Shown here piece after piece: positions 9,854-21,548 of a stretch of 43,468 nt of DNA. How positions within the stretch are numbered: position 1 is the first letter of the stretch; each line of letters opens with the position of its first letter. The stretch lies in assembly GCA_016618085.1 (NCBI GenBank), contig JABLTG010000159.1, forward strand, positions 1 through 43,468, in the 5' to 3' direction. A model generated the notes under the pieces. It worked only from the letters and a program-made list of their open reading frames with translations, made no database searches and had not been told where the DNA came from. Origin of the DNA: Neovahlkampfia damariscottae. Taxonomy: Eukaryota. Both the position numbers and the translations under genes were made by a program.

Positions 9854-11586
9854 TTATTCTATTTTTTGTTTTTCTTCATTTTTTGATTTTTTATCTTCTT
9901 CTTCATCATCTTTTCTTGCAATAACATTGAATAAAGAAACAATAAATAAAGCAATTAATGTACAAGACAACTGCAAAATGTTAAAAAAAGAAATTCCTCA
10001 TACTGTCATTACATTATAAGGCATACTAAAATCTGGTGTTGGAAGTGCAATTAACAAACTATCAGCATAATATCTAAATATATTTTGATTTAAAATTGAA
10101 TTCCATTCAAAACCAGAAATTGATTTTTTACTGGTCAAATTAAAAGCAACAAATGGTGATGAAAGATCAAATCCTCTATTGGCATCTTATCAATTTTTAG
10201 AAAAAATCAAATCAATTTCTTACCAGGTGAATGCTCTAAATAACCTAAAAATAACTTATCAAATTCTAAATTCCATTCCAAAATGGATAATGGAGGTAAA
10301 TTAAAAATGAATTGATAAACATATGGATTTGATTTGATTTTCCCTTGTTGAACATTTAATTTGATTTCTTGTTTTTTTAATGGCTTTGAATTTAATTGAA
10401 ATTGTAATTTATGAAAATAAATTCTGAAGTACCATGGAATAGCATCATACATAAAAATTTCGATTGATTGGTTTAAATTATTTTGAATTTTTGTCACCAA
10501 ACCACCTTCAAATAAACCATACCCTGTTTGATATCTTTTAACTGTTATAGGTGAAGCTGATTTTAAATCATATTGTTTTTTAATATTCTTCTTCCAATGA
10601 AAATCTAATGTTAATTTTTCTTTCATTCTAAAATTCTTAAAGGTGATGAATTTTTCATTCAACTTTTCATTCAGTTTCGGTGTAATTTCGAATTCATCAT
10701 TTTTAAAATTACTATTTTCAAAAAATAATTTTGTTTCTTTTGAAAATGGACAAGTAAAAACGTTTTCCAGTGTTGGTTGGAATAATTTATTCAAACTCCA
10801 ACTTGAAAAATTAATATCAAAATTTGAAATTTCAGTTGGATTTAAAACAACAGATATTGTTTGAATTAATTTTCCATCTTTATAATGAATTCCCATTGAA
10901 TGAAAATCAGCATCGAAGATTTTGATTGGATTCAAGAATTTACCAAATCCACATCTACCCTTTGAAGGTAACATTTGTTTAAAAGGTGTTAAATTTTCAG
11001 TACAAACAGCTTCTTGACTCAATGTGCCATATTTAAATCCAATATCTGATGAAACAGTACCTGCTGCATATGTTCGACTATCTTCAACATTAAAAAAATT
11101 CAATGATGCACAGAATAAACCAGATAAACTATTGAAATAAATTTATAAAAAATATTGAATTACCTTTTTTTTTTAATTTTCAATTTTTTTACCTATGAAC
11201 CAAACCTTTGAAAGGAGTTGTATCGCTTTTTGAAGAAGATGAAAATGATTAATGTTTTACTTATTTTTAAACCATGTTATTAATTCAGCTCCAACTGGTG
11301 CAGGTGTCGGATTTGAACCCCATTTTTCATAATTCCATCTTCCTTGAGTCAAACTCAAGTGTAATTCTTTGACTTCAAATTTTTGAACAATTTGTGTAAA
11401 ATCTTTTGGAAATAATTTAAAATTATTAATTTCTTTTTTTTGTGTTGTTTCAGTTGTGAATTCAAAATTGAAACTAATTTTTCCATCCAATAATTGTTTG
11501 ATGTATAGTTTCTCATTGTATGATTCTTTTTCATATGAACAGTTTACAAAATAAATTAAAAATAAAAGTGTAATAAATTCTTTCAT
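9854..11586 (-). CDS. PIGT: GPI transamidase component PIG-T/Gpi16
   Basis: Signal peptide; ELHLSLTQGRW; LSGLFCASLNF; EAVCTENLTPF..LP; SP|DANRGFD; LPTPDFSMPYNV; C-terminal TM and KQKIE* (KxKxx ER-retrieval-like). Confidence 0.93.
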
Positions 11587-11669
11587 CTTATTTTTTTCAC
11601 ACAAAACCAATTTGTCCTTTTATTGGATAAATATTCTAATTGGTCAAACAAACCTCATAACAAACTTGG

Positions 11670-11843
11670 ATGTTGAGAAAGAAAGGAACTAGAATTGAAT
11701 TATCATTTGAAGAAGTTAATGATGAAATAGAGGCATCACTAAAACTAAAGAAAAACAAAAAAATATCTCAAAAAACGGAACAAGATTTTCAAACAAAAGA
11801 ACAAAGAATTGGATTAGTAGAACAGGAGTATAAAAAAAAATAG
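11670..11843 (+). CDS. CDC26: APC/C subunit CDC26 (57 aa)
   Basis: MLRKKGTRIELSFEEV...EQRIGL resembles the CDC26 N-terminus MLRRKPTRLEL and its distal RIG motif. Below the ORF-track length cutoff. Confidence 0.75.
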   Translation: MLRKKGTRIELSFEEVNDEIEASLKLKKNKKISQKTEQDFQTKEQRIGLVEQEYKKK

Positions 11844-11849
11844 AACCAT

Positions 11850-14800
11850 TTATTTTTGTACTTTTAATCCACTTTTTTTTAAGATATCCTTCAAACTCAC
11901 TTTTTGAGGAGTTCCATCAGCTGAAGGAACTTTATTTTTTGGTTTAATTAATCTCTCTTCTTCAATTTGATTTATTGTAGATTGTTGAATTGTAGCAGTT
12001 GATGGAAAGAATATATTCTCCAATGAACTTTTATCAACTATTTTTCTTGATTTTGATTCAATATTTTCTTTTGATGATTGATTCCATTTGATTGGAGACA
12101 CAATTTCATCAGATTCATTATCAGAATCAATCAAAATGATATCAGATTCTTTTTTGTCACTTCTATTGACATTTTTTTCTTCTTTGATACCAATAGGTGA
12201 TTTCGAATGTGGTTTTGGTTGCACTATCTCATTTTTATCTTGAGATTGTTCTAATGAATTGTTTAATAAATTATCCAATTCATTATCAACATAATTCAAT
12301 GATGATTTGAATTCTTCAATATTCTTTGATGATATTATAGGTGTTTGAGTTTCCTCAGCCAATTCATCTATAAATGAACTTTTTTCGAGAATTGGTGTCT
12401 CTAAGTCATCATTAGAGGGTTTGAAATCTTCTTGGAATTCATCAATGAATGAACTTTTTTCGTGAGCAAAATTCTTGGGTATGACAGGTGTTTCAATATC
12501 ACTTGCTAAATCATCAATAAAACTCCTTTCAATTTTTGGGGTTTCAATATCTTCTTCTAATTCATCAATAAAACTTTTGACTAATTTTGGTGATTCAATT
12601 CTTTCAATCATTGGTTCATTTTCTTCCTCCAAAAGTAGATTTTCAGGATCTTTTTTTTCTTCATTTGCTTTGTACAGTATTTCAGTTGGTGTAACTAAAT
12701 TGTCTTGTGTTTCATCTTGATCTCTTTCAGGGCTATCTACAATATAAGGTTGAAATTCAATTTGACCATTTTTCTTTTGTTCTTTCTCTTTGAAAAGATC
12801 ATCATTCAAATCTCTTTTATTGTACAATTTAACAATTGAACTAGGAACTATATTGATATTTTTGGTACCATATTTGTTTTCAGTAATATGTGCTCTTGAT
12901 ATTAAATACACTTTTCCCTTTTTCATTTTTTCATATTTCTCAACTGCATCATTGAAAAAAACTGCAGATATTTCAGTTGAATTATCAAATGAATCAATTA
13001 AATTTATGGATGCAACTTTGCCACTTGAACGTTCATTCTCCCATGATTTTATTGGATTTTTCTTTAAAACTCTTGCCTTAATGCACCATTCATGAAGTGG
13101 ATGAATTTTGGAGAATGGTCCTGGTACTAAATTATCAATTGAAGCATCTTTTTCAATTGATAATTTCAAATATGACAAAATCATTGCACAAAAATGTTTA
13201 CAAATACCTTCATCACCCATTGGACATGAACATTTACTCTTATAAATCCTTCCATTTTTGAAGATACCTTGTTGTGAATATGGTTTTTCTCTTGTTCCTT
13301 GACATTTTGAATAAAGTTTAAATGAATCAGCATTGATCATTTTGAATGTTAAATTTGAAATTCTATTCTCATTTGAGTAATCTCTTCCTCTTTGAAAATA
13401 TGTCATTCCAAAATAATCCATTATATCTTCAATTGAGTTTAAAATTTTTGGTTTTTCTGGTTCAACAACTTTTTCTTCATTTTGATATTCTTCATCATTT
13501 GAATCTGAAATACCCTCTCCTTCTTCATCATTGATTAATGATTTATTCATTGGTTCATTATCATCATCTAAATCAGATACACTAATTGGTTCTGGTGAAA
13601 CATATCCATTTAAATATTCGGTTTCTTGTTGTGATAATTCATAATCAATTTTTTCGTTTTGGAATTGTTTTGATATCTCCAGTGCAGAATAATCTTCAAA
13701 ATGATCAGAAAAATCATTTTCATCATTTATTTTTTCAATATATCTTCGATTTATCAATATTCCATGGATTCTATTAATATCTTCATTTTCAAAATAATTC
13801 TCATCAGTTGCATTAACATATTCATCTACTAATGAAAATCGTTTAATTTTATCATCAAATGAAGTAATGTACTCCATTTCATCGATAAAACTTGAAATCT
13901 TTTGAAATTCAAATAAAAATTTGAATCTTTCAACAAGATTGACTTTTTTTTCAATCAAATTAGAGATCATTGAAATATCCAAATAATAAAACCCAATTGA
14001 TTTTATCATTGAACAATTATATTTATCTGTGATATAAATTGATTTTTTCAAATTTAATGAATGTAAATATTGTAAATATGCTATCATTCCTGGATTTGGG
14101 AAATTAAAAAATTCATCTTTTTCATTCTCCCTTTTCATTGAATACAAATAATAAATTGGAAAATCTAAATTCAAATTCAGCAATTCATCTCTAAATGTAT
14201 CCTCACTATTGATAGAATATTAAACGAAATTTTGAGTTACTTTTCAATCCAATTGATTTTGTTCAAATCTATTAATAAAATGATCCTTGGGTTTGAACAA
14301 TTTTTAATCCAAGCTTCAAAAATTTCTTTTACATATTGTTTTAATTTTAAATCTTCTCTGAGGATAGAATGAAATTCAATGAATAATCCCTAATAGTATT
14401 TTAGTTTTAGATTAATTTCAAACTTCATGTTGTTGGTAAATCAGATTTCTGTTTAGGTACAAATTGGTTTCAAATTCAATGATATCATCATAACCTTCTT
14501 CTTTGGAAATTTGAAAGTTATCAAAAATACAATTTTCTTTTTTGTTTTGATTTTCAGCTCTTTGGAACTGTTTTGCCCATAATAATTGAATTTTTCCATA
14601 TTTTGGTTTTAATTGTACATATTTTATAACACATCCTCCTTCTACGTTTTTTTTTACAGTTTCATTGAAAACTTTTCTTAAATTTGAATCTTGAAAAAAG
14701 TTAGAATCTTTTATGAAGATTTTTTTGTTCTTTTTTTTTTAATAATAAATATTGTTTACCTTTTCTAAGCTATCAATAATTTCGTCTAATATTTCTTCTG

Positions 14801-14933
14801 TTTGTTTCTCATGTGGAATTTTGAGGAGTTTATGTGTTTTTTTATAATTATTTTCATAAAAATTTGTTCTGCCAACTCCTGAAGCTGATAAGAGTATCAA
14901 TAATTCAGATTTTGGAATCAGTAGTTGTTGCAT
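11850..14933 (-). CDS. Multidomain protein: degenerate PNKP-like kinase + degenerate HAD phosphatase + SWIM zinc finger + RPA1-type OB fold + acidic repeat tail
   Basis: Three introns (14730-14759 and two more near 14390-14425 and 14205-14240) join ORF 14739-14933 to the 777-aa ORF. SWIM CSCP..CKHFCA; OB WCIKARVLKK..IKSW....SGKV.SINLID...EISAVFFN. Confidence 0.75.
12338..12600 (-). repeat. Four coding repeats SFID(E/D)(L/F)...(E/Q)TP in the acidic tail
   Basis: KSFIDELEEDIETP, RSFIDDLASDIETP, SSFIDEFQEDF..LETP, SSFIDELAEETQTP. Confidence 0.75.
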
Positions 14934-15394
14934 ATTTTTCTTTTTAACTTTGGATTAATTGTCTATTCATTGGTCAACATTTTGTTAGAACAATTCAAAT
15001 GAAAAATTGAATTTCCTTTTCGAATTTTTCACCTTGTTCAAAGAATAAAATCAAGAAAGAGTTCAACAAAATAATGGAAAAATAGACTCTTCTGATTTTT
15101 AACAATAAAAAATAATTGTTTTAAAGAGACTTTAAAATTCAAAAGAAGAAGATAAATTTGATAATAATTCAATACAACTAAAAAGAATTCAGGTACAAAT
15201 GGAAGAAAAGTGAATGTTGGAATAGAAGAAAATGGGAATTCTCCATTTTTATTCTTCCATCCTACATTGTTTTTTGAAAAAGAACAACCAATCGTTTACT
15301 TTTGGTGAACATGTTCCATTGTATTTTAGAAGGCAGATTCTTTTATTTTGGACCAATAAAAGAAAAACGAAGCTACATCACATCAACAACAAAG

Positions 15395-16021
15395 ATGAAC
15401 ACGTTGATTGCCCTATTTTGCTTATTTCTATTTGTTAACTGTCAAGAATCAGGAAGAATTCTAACTTTTGCTAGAAACCAATGTGTAAGCACAATGTACT
15501 CCGCTGTTGAATTCAAACAAGACCAATGTTTCAAAACTTTAGATCATGTTGGAAAAGATAAATATCAAAAAATCTCTTGTGATTCAAAATATATCACTGT
15601 TCATGGTTGCAGTGATTCAAACTGTCAAAGTTGCAAAACTACCCAAAACAATGCAGGTTGCAATGGAAATAAACTTCAATTGTAAAAAGAACTGTTTTTT
15701 TAATATTTTAGCATTTGTGGTGGTACTATGGACAGAAGACATTTCATTGACAAGATTACATACAAATATAAATTTGGAAATTTTAATGGAGCAAAATGCC
15801 AAGAAGATAAAGCACAACCAACTTATTATCAAAATAAATTAGAATGTAAAAAAGGATTAGGTACCTTTTCTTTCATTTTCAGATTAAAATCTGATCATGT
15901 CTTAGCAGAATACTTTTATCAAAATGCGAATTGTATTGGTGCAAAAAGAACAATAGAAGTTCCCCTTGGCACAATGACAAATCTTCCAAAATATGGTTGT
16001 GTAAAATTCAATAAACCTTAA
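15395..16021 (+). CDS. Secreted cysteine-rich protein of unknown function
   Basis: Signal peptide MNTLIALFCLFLFVNC, many Cys; 30-nt intron 15682-15711 joins the two ORFs (KLQF|ICGGTM). Confidence 0.75.
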
Positions 16022-16091
16022 GTTTGGATTTACTGGGATTTTTTCTGTGAAAATAATAATTGTTTTTACAATTCAAATTTATTTAATACAT

Positions 16092-16469
16092 TTACAACAC
16101 ATCAAAGATGATTTCTTCCCATGCTTCATTCAATTCTTTGATAATTGCATCCAATGGGATAGGCTTTTCAGGAACGTAATCCTCCTCCTCGACCATTCGG
16201 AAAGCGATTTGTTCTATTGTCAGCTCTGTCTTTTGTTTCTTAGCAGTATCTAATTTCGGTTCAGAGTTTCTTTTTTTTGAATTGCCAAGTGACAAGCGCA
16301 CAAGATTTTTTTCTGATTTTGTTTTCGTCTTACTATCTTGATCCGATTCAGTGGATGAATTTTTCTTTTTACTCAGTTGTTTCATGTTTACTTCAAAATA
16401 TTCAATGACGGAACTTATTATCGTAGAATAGAATTGTTGCTGTTTTGAGTAATTCAAATGGCAATACAT
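16092..16469 (-). other. Orphan ORF or gene fragment (125 aa)
   Basis: Plausible charged sequence, but an in-frame TAA directly precedes the ATG and the frame is open further upstream; no domain recognised. Confidence 0.3.
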
Positions 16470-16601
16470 TTACCCAAATTGGGAAGAATAATCTCCGTCA
16501 CTTGATTTAGGTAGGTTAATTTGGGAAATTGAATTTATATTCACCTGACTTAGAATTTCAATGTTGAACTTTGAACAAAAAAATATGAAGAAAAACTTCC
16601 A

Positions 16602-19600
16602 TTATTTTTTTTGTTTTTTTCTTGAGACTCTTTCATTGGATATTCTTCTTTTTGGTTGCATATTTTTTGTTGGTGATTCGTCTTGTGAATCTACAATAAT
16701 ATCATCAATGACTTCTTCTTCTTCTTCTCCAGTTTTTTCTTCATCCTCTGAGAACAACTTGAGTAATTCTTCAATTTTATAATTTTTTGATTCTTTTGGT
16801 AAACTTGGTGATAATGAATCTTTTAAAATAGTTCCTTTTGAATCTCGAAATTTCTCATGAAAATTATACAATTTTTCTTCAACTGTATTCAAAGTTATAA
16901 ATTTCTTAATGACCAATTCAGTTGAATCAATTCTATGACCATGAAGTCTTATAACTGCTTGTTCTTCCAATGATTCATTCAAAGATGGTTCCATAATGAA
17001 AATTGTATTTGCTCTACAAGACAAACCAAGTGAAGCAGATCTCAAAGACATCAAACAGATATTTACTTTTGGATTTTGATGAAATTCTTTCAATGCATTT
17101 TCTCTTTGTTTTGTTGTCATTGTTCCATTTAATTCAACATACAAAATCTCTTGTTTTTCTAATTCAAGTTTTATCTGAGTGAACATTTCTTTCCATTGTG
17201 AAAAAATTAAACATTTTGTATTATTCTTTTTTTCATTTTCTATTTCTTTCAATAATGCTTCAATCTTTGTTCCTGGTAATTTTTTTAAATTATTATGAAG
17301 ACGAATGATATCTTCTGGTACTCCATAAATATCTCTTGTTCTTTTTTCTTCTATTGGTTTATTTCCATCATCAATTATTGTTAAATTTGTTTCATCAATT
17401 TGTTTTCTACAAATAGGACAAATTCTATTAGTATTTACTTGCATTATAATACACTCTTTACAAAAAATATGACCACATTGTGTTACAGTTGCAGATTCAA
17501 CAACATCTAAACAAATTGGACAATCTAAATCATCTGCATTTTTGATTCTTGAAACAACATCTTGAATGAAATTTGATTCATTCACTAAAATATTAATGTA
17601 TTATTTTAATTTTACTCCATGTCAAGGCTTCGATATTATTAATATCAACATTTTGAATTTCAGCACCTGCTAAATTTGATAATGAAAAACTTTGTGGAAG
17701 AAAACTCAAAGGGGTATCACAAAATTCTGCTAAATTGATCATTGAAAAATGTGATGCTGTTTGTCTTAATTTCAATAAAGAAACTAATAATTTAGTATAA
17801 ACTCTTTGACTTTTTCCACGTAAAATTTGTAACTTTTCATTACTCTTTTTTAATAAAAAGTTATACACTTTTTGTTCACTATTTCAAACTTTAGTAATGA
17901 TCAAAATTTACTCTTCAGTTAATTTTATGAATATAGGTTCTATTTTTTTTTCTGGTAAGAATATCATATTTTTCTTTTCAATGATAGATTTTGAAATTCT
18001 CATCATACAGTCACCTAAAACATTTTGTATACAAACATTTGGTTTAACATATTCTTCTTTATTGAATGGAATCAAATTTAAAAATTTGAATTGACCATGT
18101 AAATCAGCTATATCTGTTTGAATTGGAGTGGCACTGATACACCATCTATTTCTCGCTTTAATATTTGAAATTGCATCATTTTGTGAACTTTTTGCTTGTT
18201 TAATATAATGAGATTCATCCAATATAATTCTATTCCAAATGATATCTTTAATTGGATCTGTACATGTAGTCATATTTTGTTGATGTCTTTTATGATCTGA
18301 AGATAAAACAGAATATGTTGTGAATATAACATCATAAGAAGCTAAAACTTTTGGTTCTCTATTTCTTGAAGAACCATGATACAAATAATATTTGATTGTA
18401 TTTTTCTCAACATTTTTTTTAATTTCATTCTCCCATAGATGTAATATAGTTGGTGGAACAATAATTAATGTACCACCATTATAATAAGTATGTATTCCTT
18501 CTCTGATGGTTGATGATAATTTTTTTATTCTACATCCTTGTATTAGTAATAAAGATATTATTTCAATTGATTTTCCTAAACCTAATTCATCTGATAGAAA
18601 TCCACCTCTAATATCAGGTAAATCTAATAATAAAGGTGAATCACCAACAGAACAAACATAATATGCTGTTCCATCTTCAAAGTAGTATTTATCATAATAT
18701 GATGAACTTATACATTCATTTGAATTCTCTCTATCAATTAGAAATCTCAATGATTGTTTTTGAAATGGTTGTAATTCTAATTTTAAATTTGGTATCTTTT
18801 CATTATACGTTGGATAATTTTTTGTTGTTTCGTATAAAACTGAAAAGTCATTTTCGATTATTGTGAAATCCTTATATTCCGGAAATTCTTTTCTTCCATC
18901 TTGTAATTTTGAAAATATTGAAGTTAGTATTCCTTCTGTTCCATAAAAAAAATTTTCAAATATTTTTTGTGTAAAATAAATCTGAAGTTAGTTTAAATAT
19001 TGATTTATTTTACTTCAATAGAGAATGTTAAGATATACAAATCATTATTTAATTTTGATTTTTTTTTTTCTATTAAAGTTACATTACCTTCTATAAATTT
19101 TGAACTTCTTAATGTTTTTAAATCCTCCAAGAATTTTGATTCAATTTCTGATTTTAAATTCTATTGAAATTAATTTTTTTTATTTTTCTTACATTATCAT
19201 AGTACATAAACTTTTGATTTGGATTTTTTAATAAATCAACAAAATCAACTTTTTGGTCCATCTGAAAATTCAGAGGTTCTTTTCCTTCAATTTGATAATT
19301 TATAGTACCAATTTTTCTTGGCCAACTTTTGTTATGTTCAATTTTCTAAAAAAAAATAATTTAAGTAAAAAAAATAACAAACATAAGGATCATTTTTTGA
19401 ATATTTTACAATATTTTGTGGTGGTAATTCTGAAAATTCTTTCATAAAATTCATTAAAATATCATCTTTTCCATTGACTGATGTCAGAACAGTTGTTTCA
19501 TTTCTGGAAAAAGATTTTACTGCTTCACTGACATCATTATTATTCTTCCGAAGAAGTTGTTTGGCCATTGGATAAGAAACTTGTATTAAATTTGCTAATC

Positions 19601-19646
19601 GAATTATCTTTTCTTCAGGTACATCTGAGTTCAAATTACAAAACAT
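16602..19646 (-). CDS. SNF2-family ATPase with C3HC4 RING (RAD5/RAD16/HLTF-like), N-terminal UBA-like domain
   Basis: GGFLSDELGLGKS, TLIIVP, RIILDESH, RWCISATPIQ, RING CPIC..CGHIFCKEC..CPIC, LIFSQW. About 5 short introns. Confidence 0.9.
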
Positions 19647-19750
19647 TCTGATCAAAAATGTAGCTGATTGGTCAACTAAACATGTCAACTTCAAAGAAAA
19701 AAAAAATAATCTCTGAAATTTGGACTGACTTTGAGTATATTATGTAAGAT

Positions 19751-20753
19751 TTATTCAAAATTTGAATTCAAATAAATTACAAATAATTTTGGAATATCTT
19801 TTAAATTTGGTGGATTCATTTCTGAAATTTTGATGAATTGACTTCTCAATTTTCTAGTTTCTTTTGATGTAAAATTTTGTGGAAATATAATCTTTTCTGT
19901 TGTTCCATCAATTGGTATTTTATCACCTGGTATACTCATACTCTGATTTGAAATCAATTTACTAACAATTTCATTTGTAATTCTGTCAAGTTCAAATAAA
20001 AAGGATGTTTGTGTTAATGTTTGCTTTAAATAAGAATTAGAATTCCAAATGAAACATTGGTTACTGGTAGTTGTAAATTTTCTTTTCTTGGTTCATCTTT
20101 AAATCCAGCAAGTGCTCTTTCAATTTCTTCTGATGGTGTTTTAGTATCTGAGTGAACAACAAATAATGGTTTATCCCTTTTTTGAAGAAAATTAAAAAAT
20201 CAAAATTTCAAACCATCTTGTTTTATCATTTGGTGTTTCAATTCTCATAAAAATTTCTTTGATTCTAAAATAGATATGAAATGAATTCTATTCTTACATA
20301 TTTTCTTGGTATTGTTTTTCTTTTTCCATTTTTTGGTTCCATTCTAAACTTTCTGATAAATCAACATCACAAAATAACTATATATATTAAAAAAAAATGA
20401 AAATTAAAATACCACACAATGTGTTGTATCTGATGTTCTTGCAATTTTAAATAATTCAAAACGAAATCCTTTTATATAATTCAGTGAGTCAACAATGACG
20501 TAAACTTTCTTATCTAAATATTTTGAAACTTTTGCTTTAATCATTCCTCTAGCATCTTTTTCATTTTTTGAATCTTTTTTTTTTTTAGTTTTATTTTTGT
20601 TTTACTTTCATAGAATTTATTTTTATCATCCAAAAGATCTGAATCTGAGACCATTTGAACCTTTTTTCCTTTCTCTTCCAAGTATTTTTTTATTTCAATA
20701 CTTCTTGTACTTTTACCAGTACAAGCTCCTCCTACAACAACTAAGAGTGGCAT
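19751..20753 (-). CDS. KTI12: KTI12 (Elongator-associated P-loop protein)
   Basis: MPLLVVVGGACTGKST, VIVDSLNYIKGFRFEL, RIETPN..TRW|DKPLF, RKLRSQFIK. Five short introns. Confidence 0.9.
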
Positions 20754-20863
20754 TTTATTTTTAAATTTTCCGCCAATCAAAAATTTAGCTCAAAATGAAA
20801 CGAAAATATTTATCTTTTTTTTTAAAATGTTTTTATAATTCATTATTTTAAATCTAAATAAGT

Positions 20864-21426
20864 TTATTCATTAATTTGTGCATCATAACCATCTTCAGTT
20901 GGTTGTTTACAAGCAACATAAAAAGAAATACCACACATCATGAAGTTTAATCCAAACATGAGAAATTCACAAAGTGATAGTGCTGTCCAAAAAAATGTTG
21001 ATCCAGATGATTGAGTTAATGGAAGTACCATCCAAAAATGTGAAAATAACATAAGTGTGTTCTTTTGGAAAGGTTTAATTCTATTCTTTTTCTTACACAT
21101 AAAAAGAGAACAGCTCCTACAGTTGTTGAAAAAACACTTGCAACGTAGGCAATTCCACCAACAATTCCAAAAGCAAAACCTAAGAAATGTAGTTAATAAG
21201 CTTTTTGTTTTAATTACTTGGTAATGCATATAATTTGAATTGGAAAGCTGTATTTGAATCAATAATTTGACCAGCAGCAAAAATCTAATTTTTAATGAAA
21301 AAAAAAAAAAAAAGTTACAAAAGTGAGAAACCCAAGAAGAGCTGTGATTACTGCAAACACAGTTCTTGCGATGAAAGTGTATTTTTCTTGAAGTACAGAA
21401 TTCTTTGTTTCTTCAAAGATGCTCAT
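20864..21426 (-). CDS. Small multi-pass membrane protein, unknown function
   Basis: ATG 21426 plus three short introns gives about 4 hydrophobic helices ending PTEDGYDAQINE*. Confidence 0.6.
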
Positions 21427-21548
21427 TTTTTTCAGTGGAAGGTAAAATAAACCAATCATATCAATCTCATCAATAAATTAGAAGAAAAAATTCAAGTATG
21501 AAAAATCAAATGATAAAAACAGAAATTTGTAATTAATTTAAAATATTA

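Noticed and set aside
2076..19646. Functional DNA-repair gene cluster (PARP, NTH1, SWIM-OB, RAD5-like)
   Set aside because: The genes are interspersed with unrelated ones in mixed orientation; there is no evidence beyond chance in a gene-dense genome.
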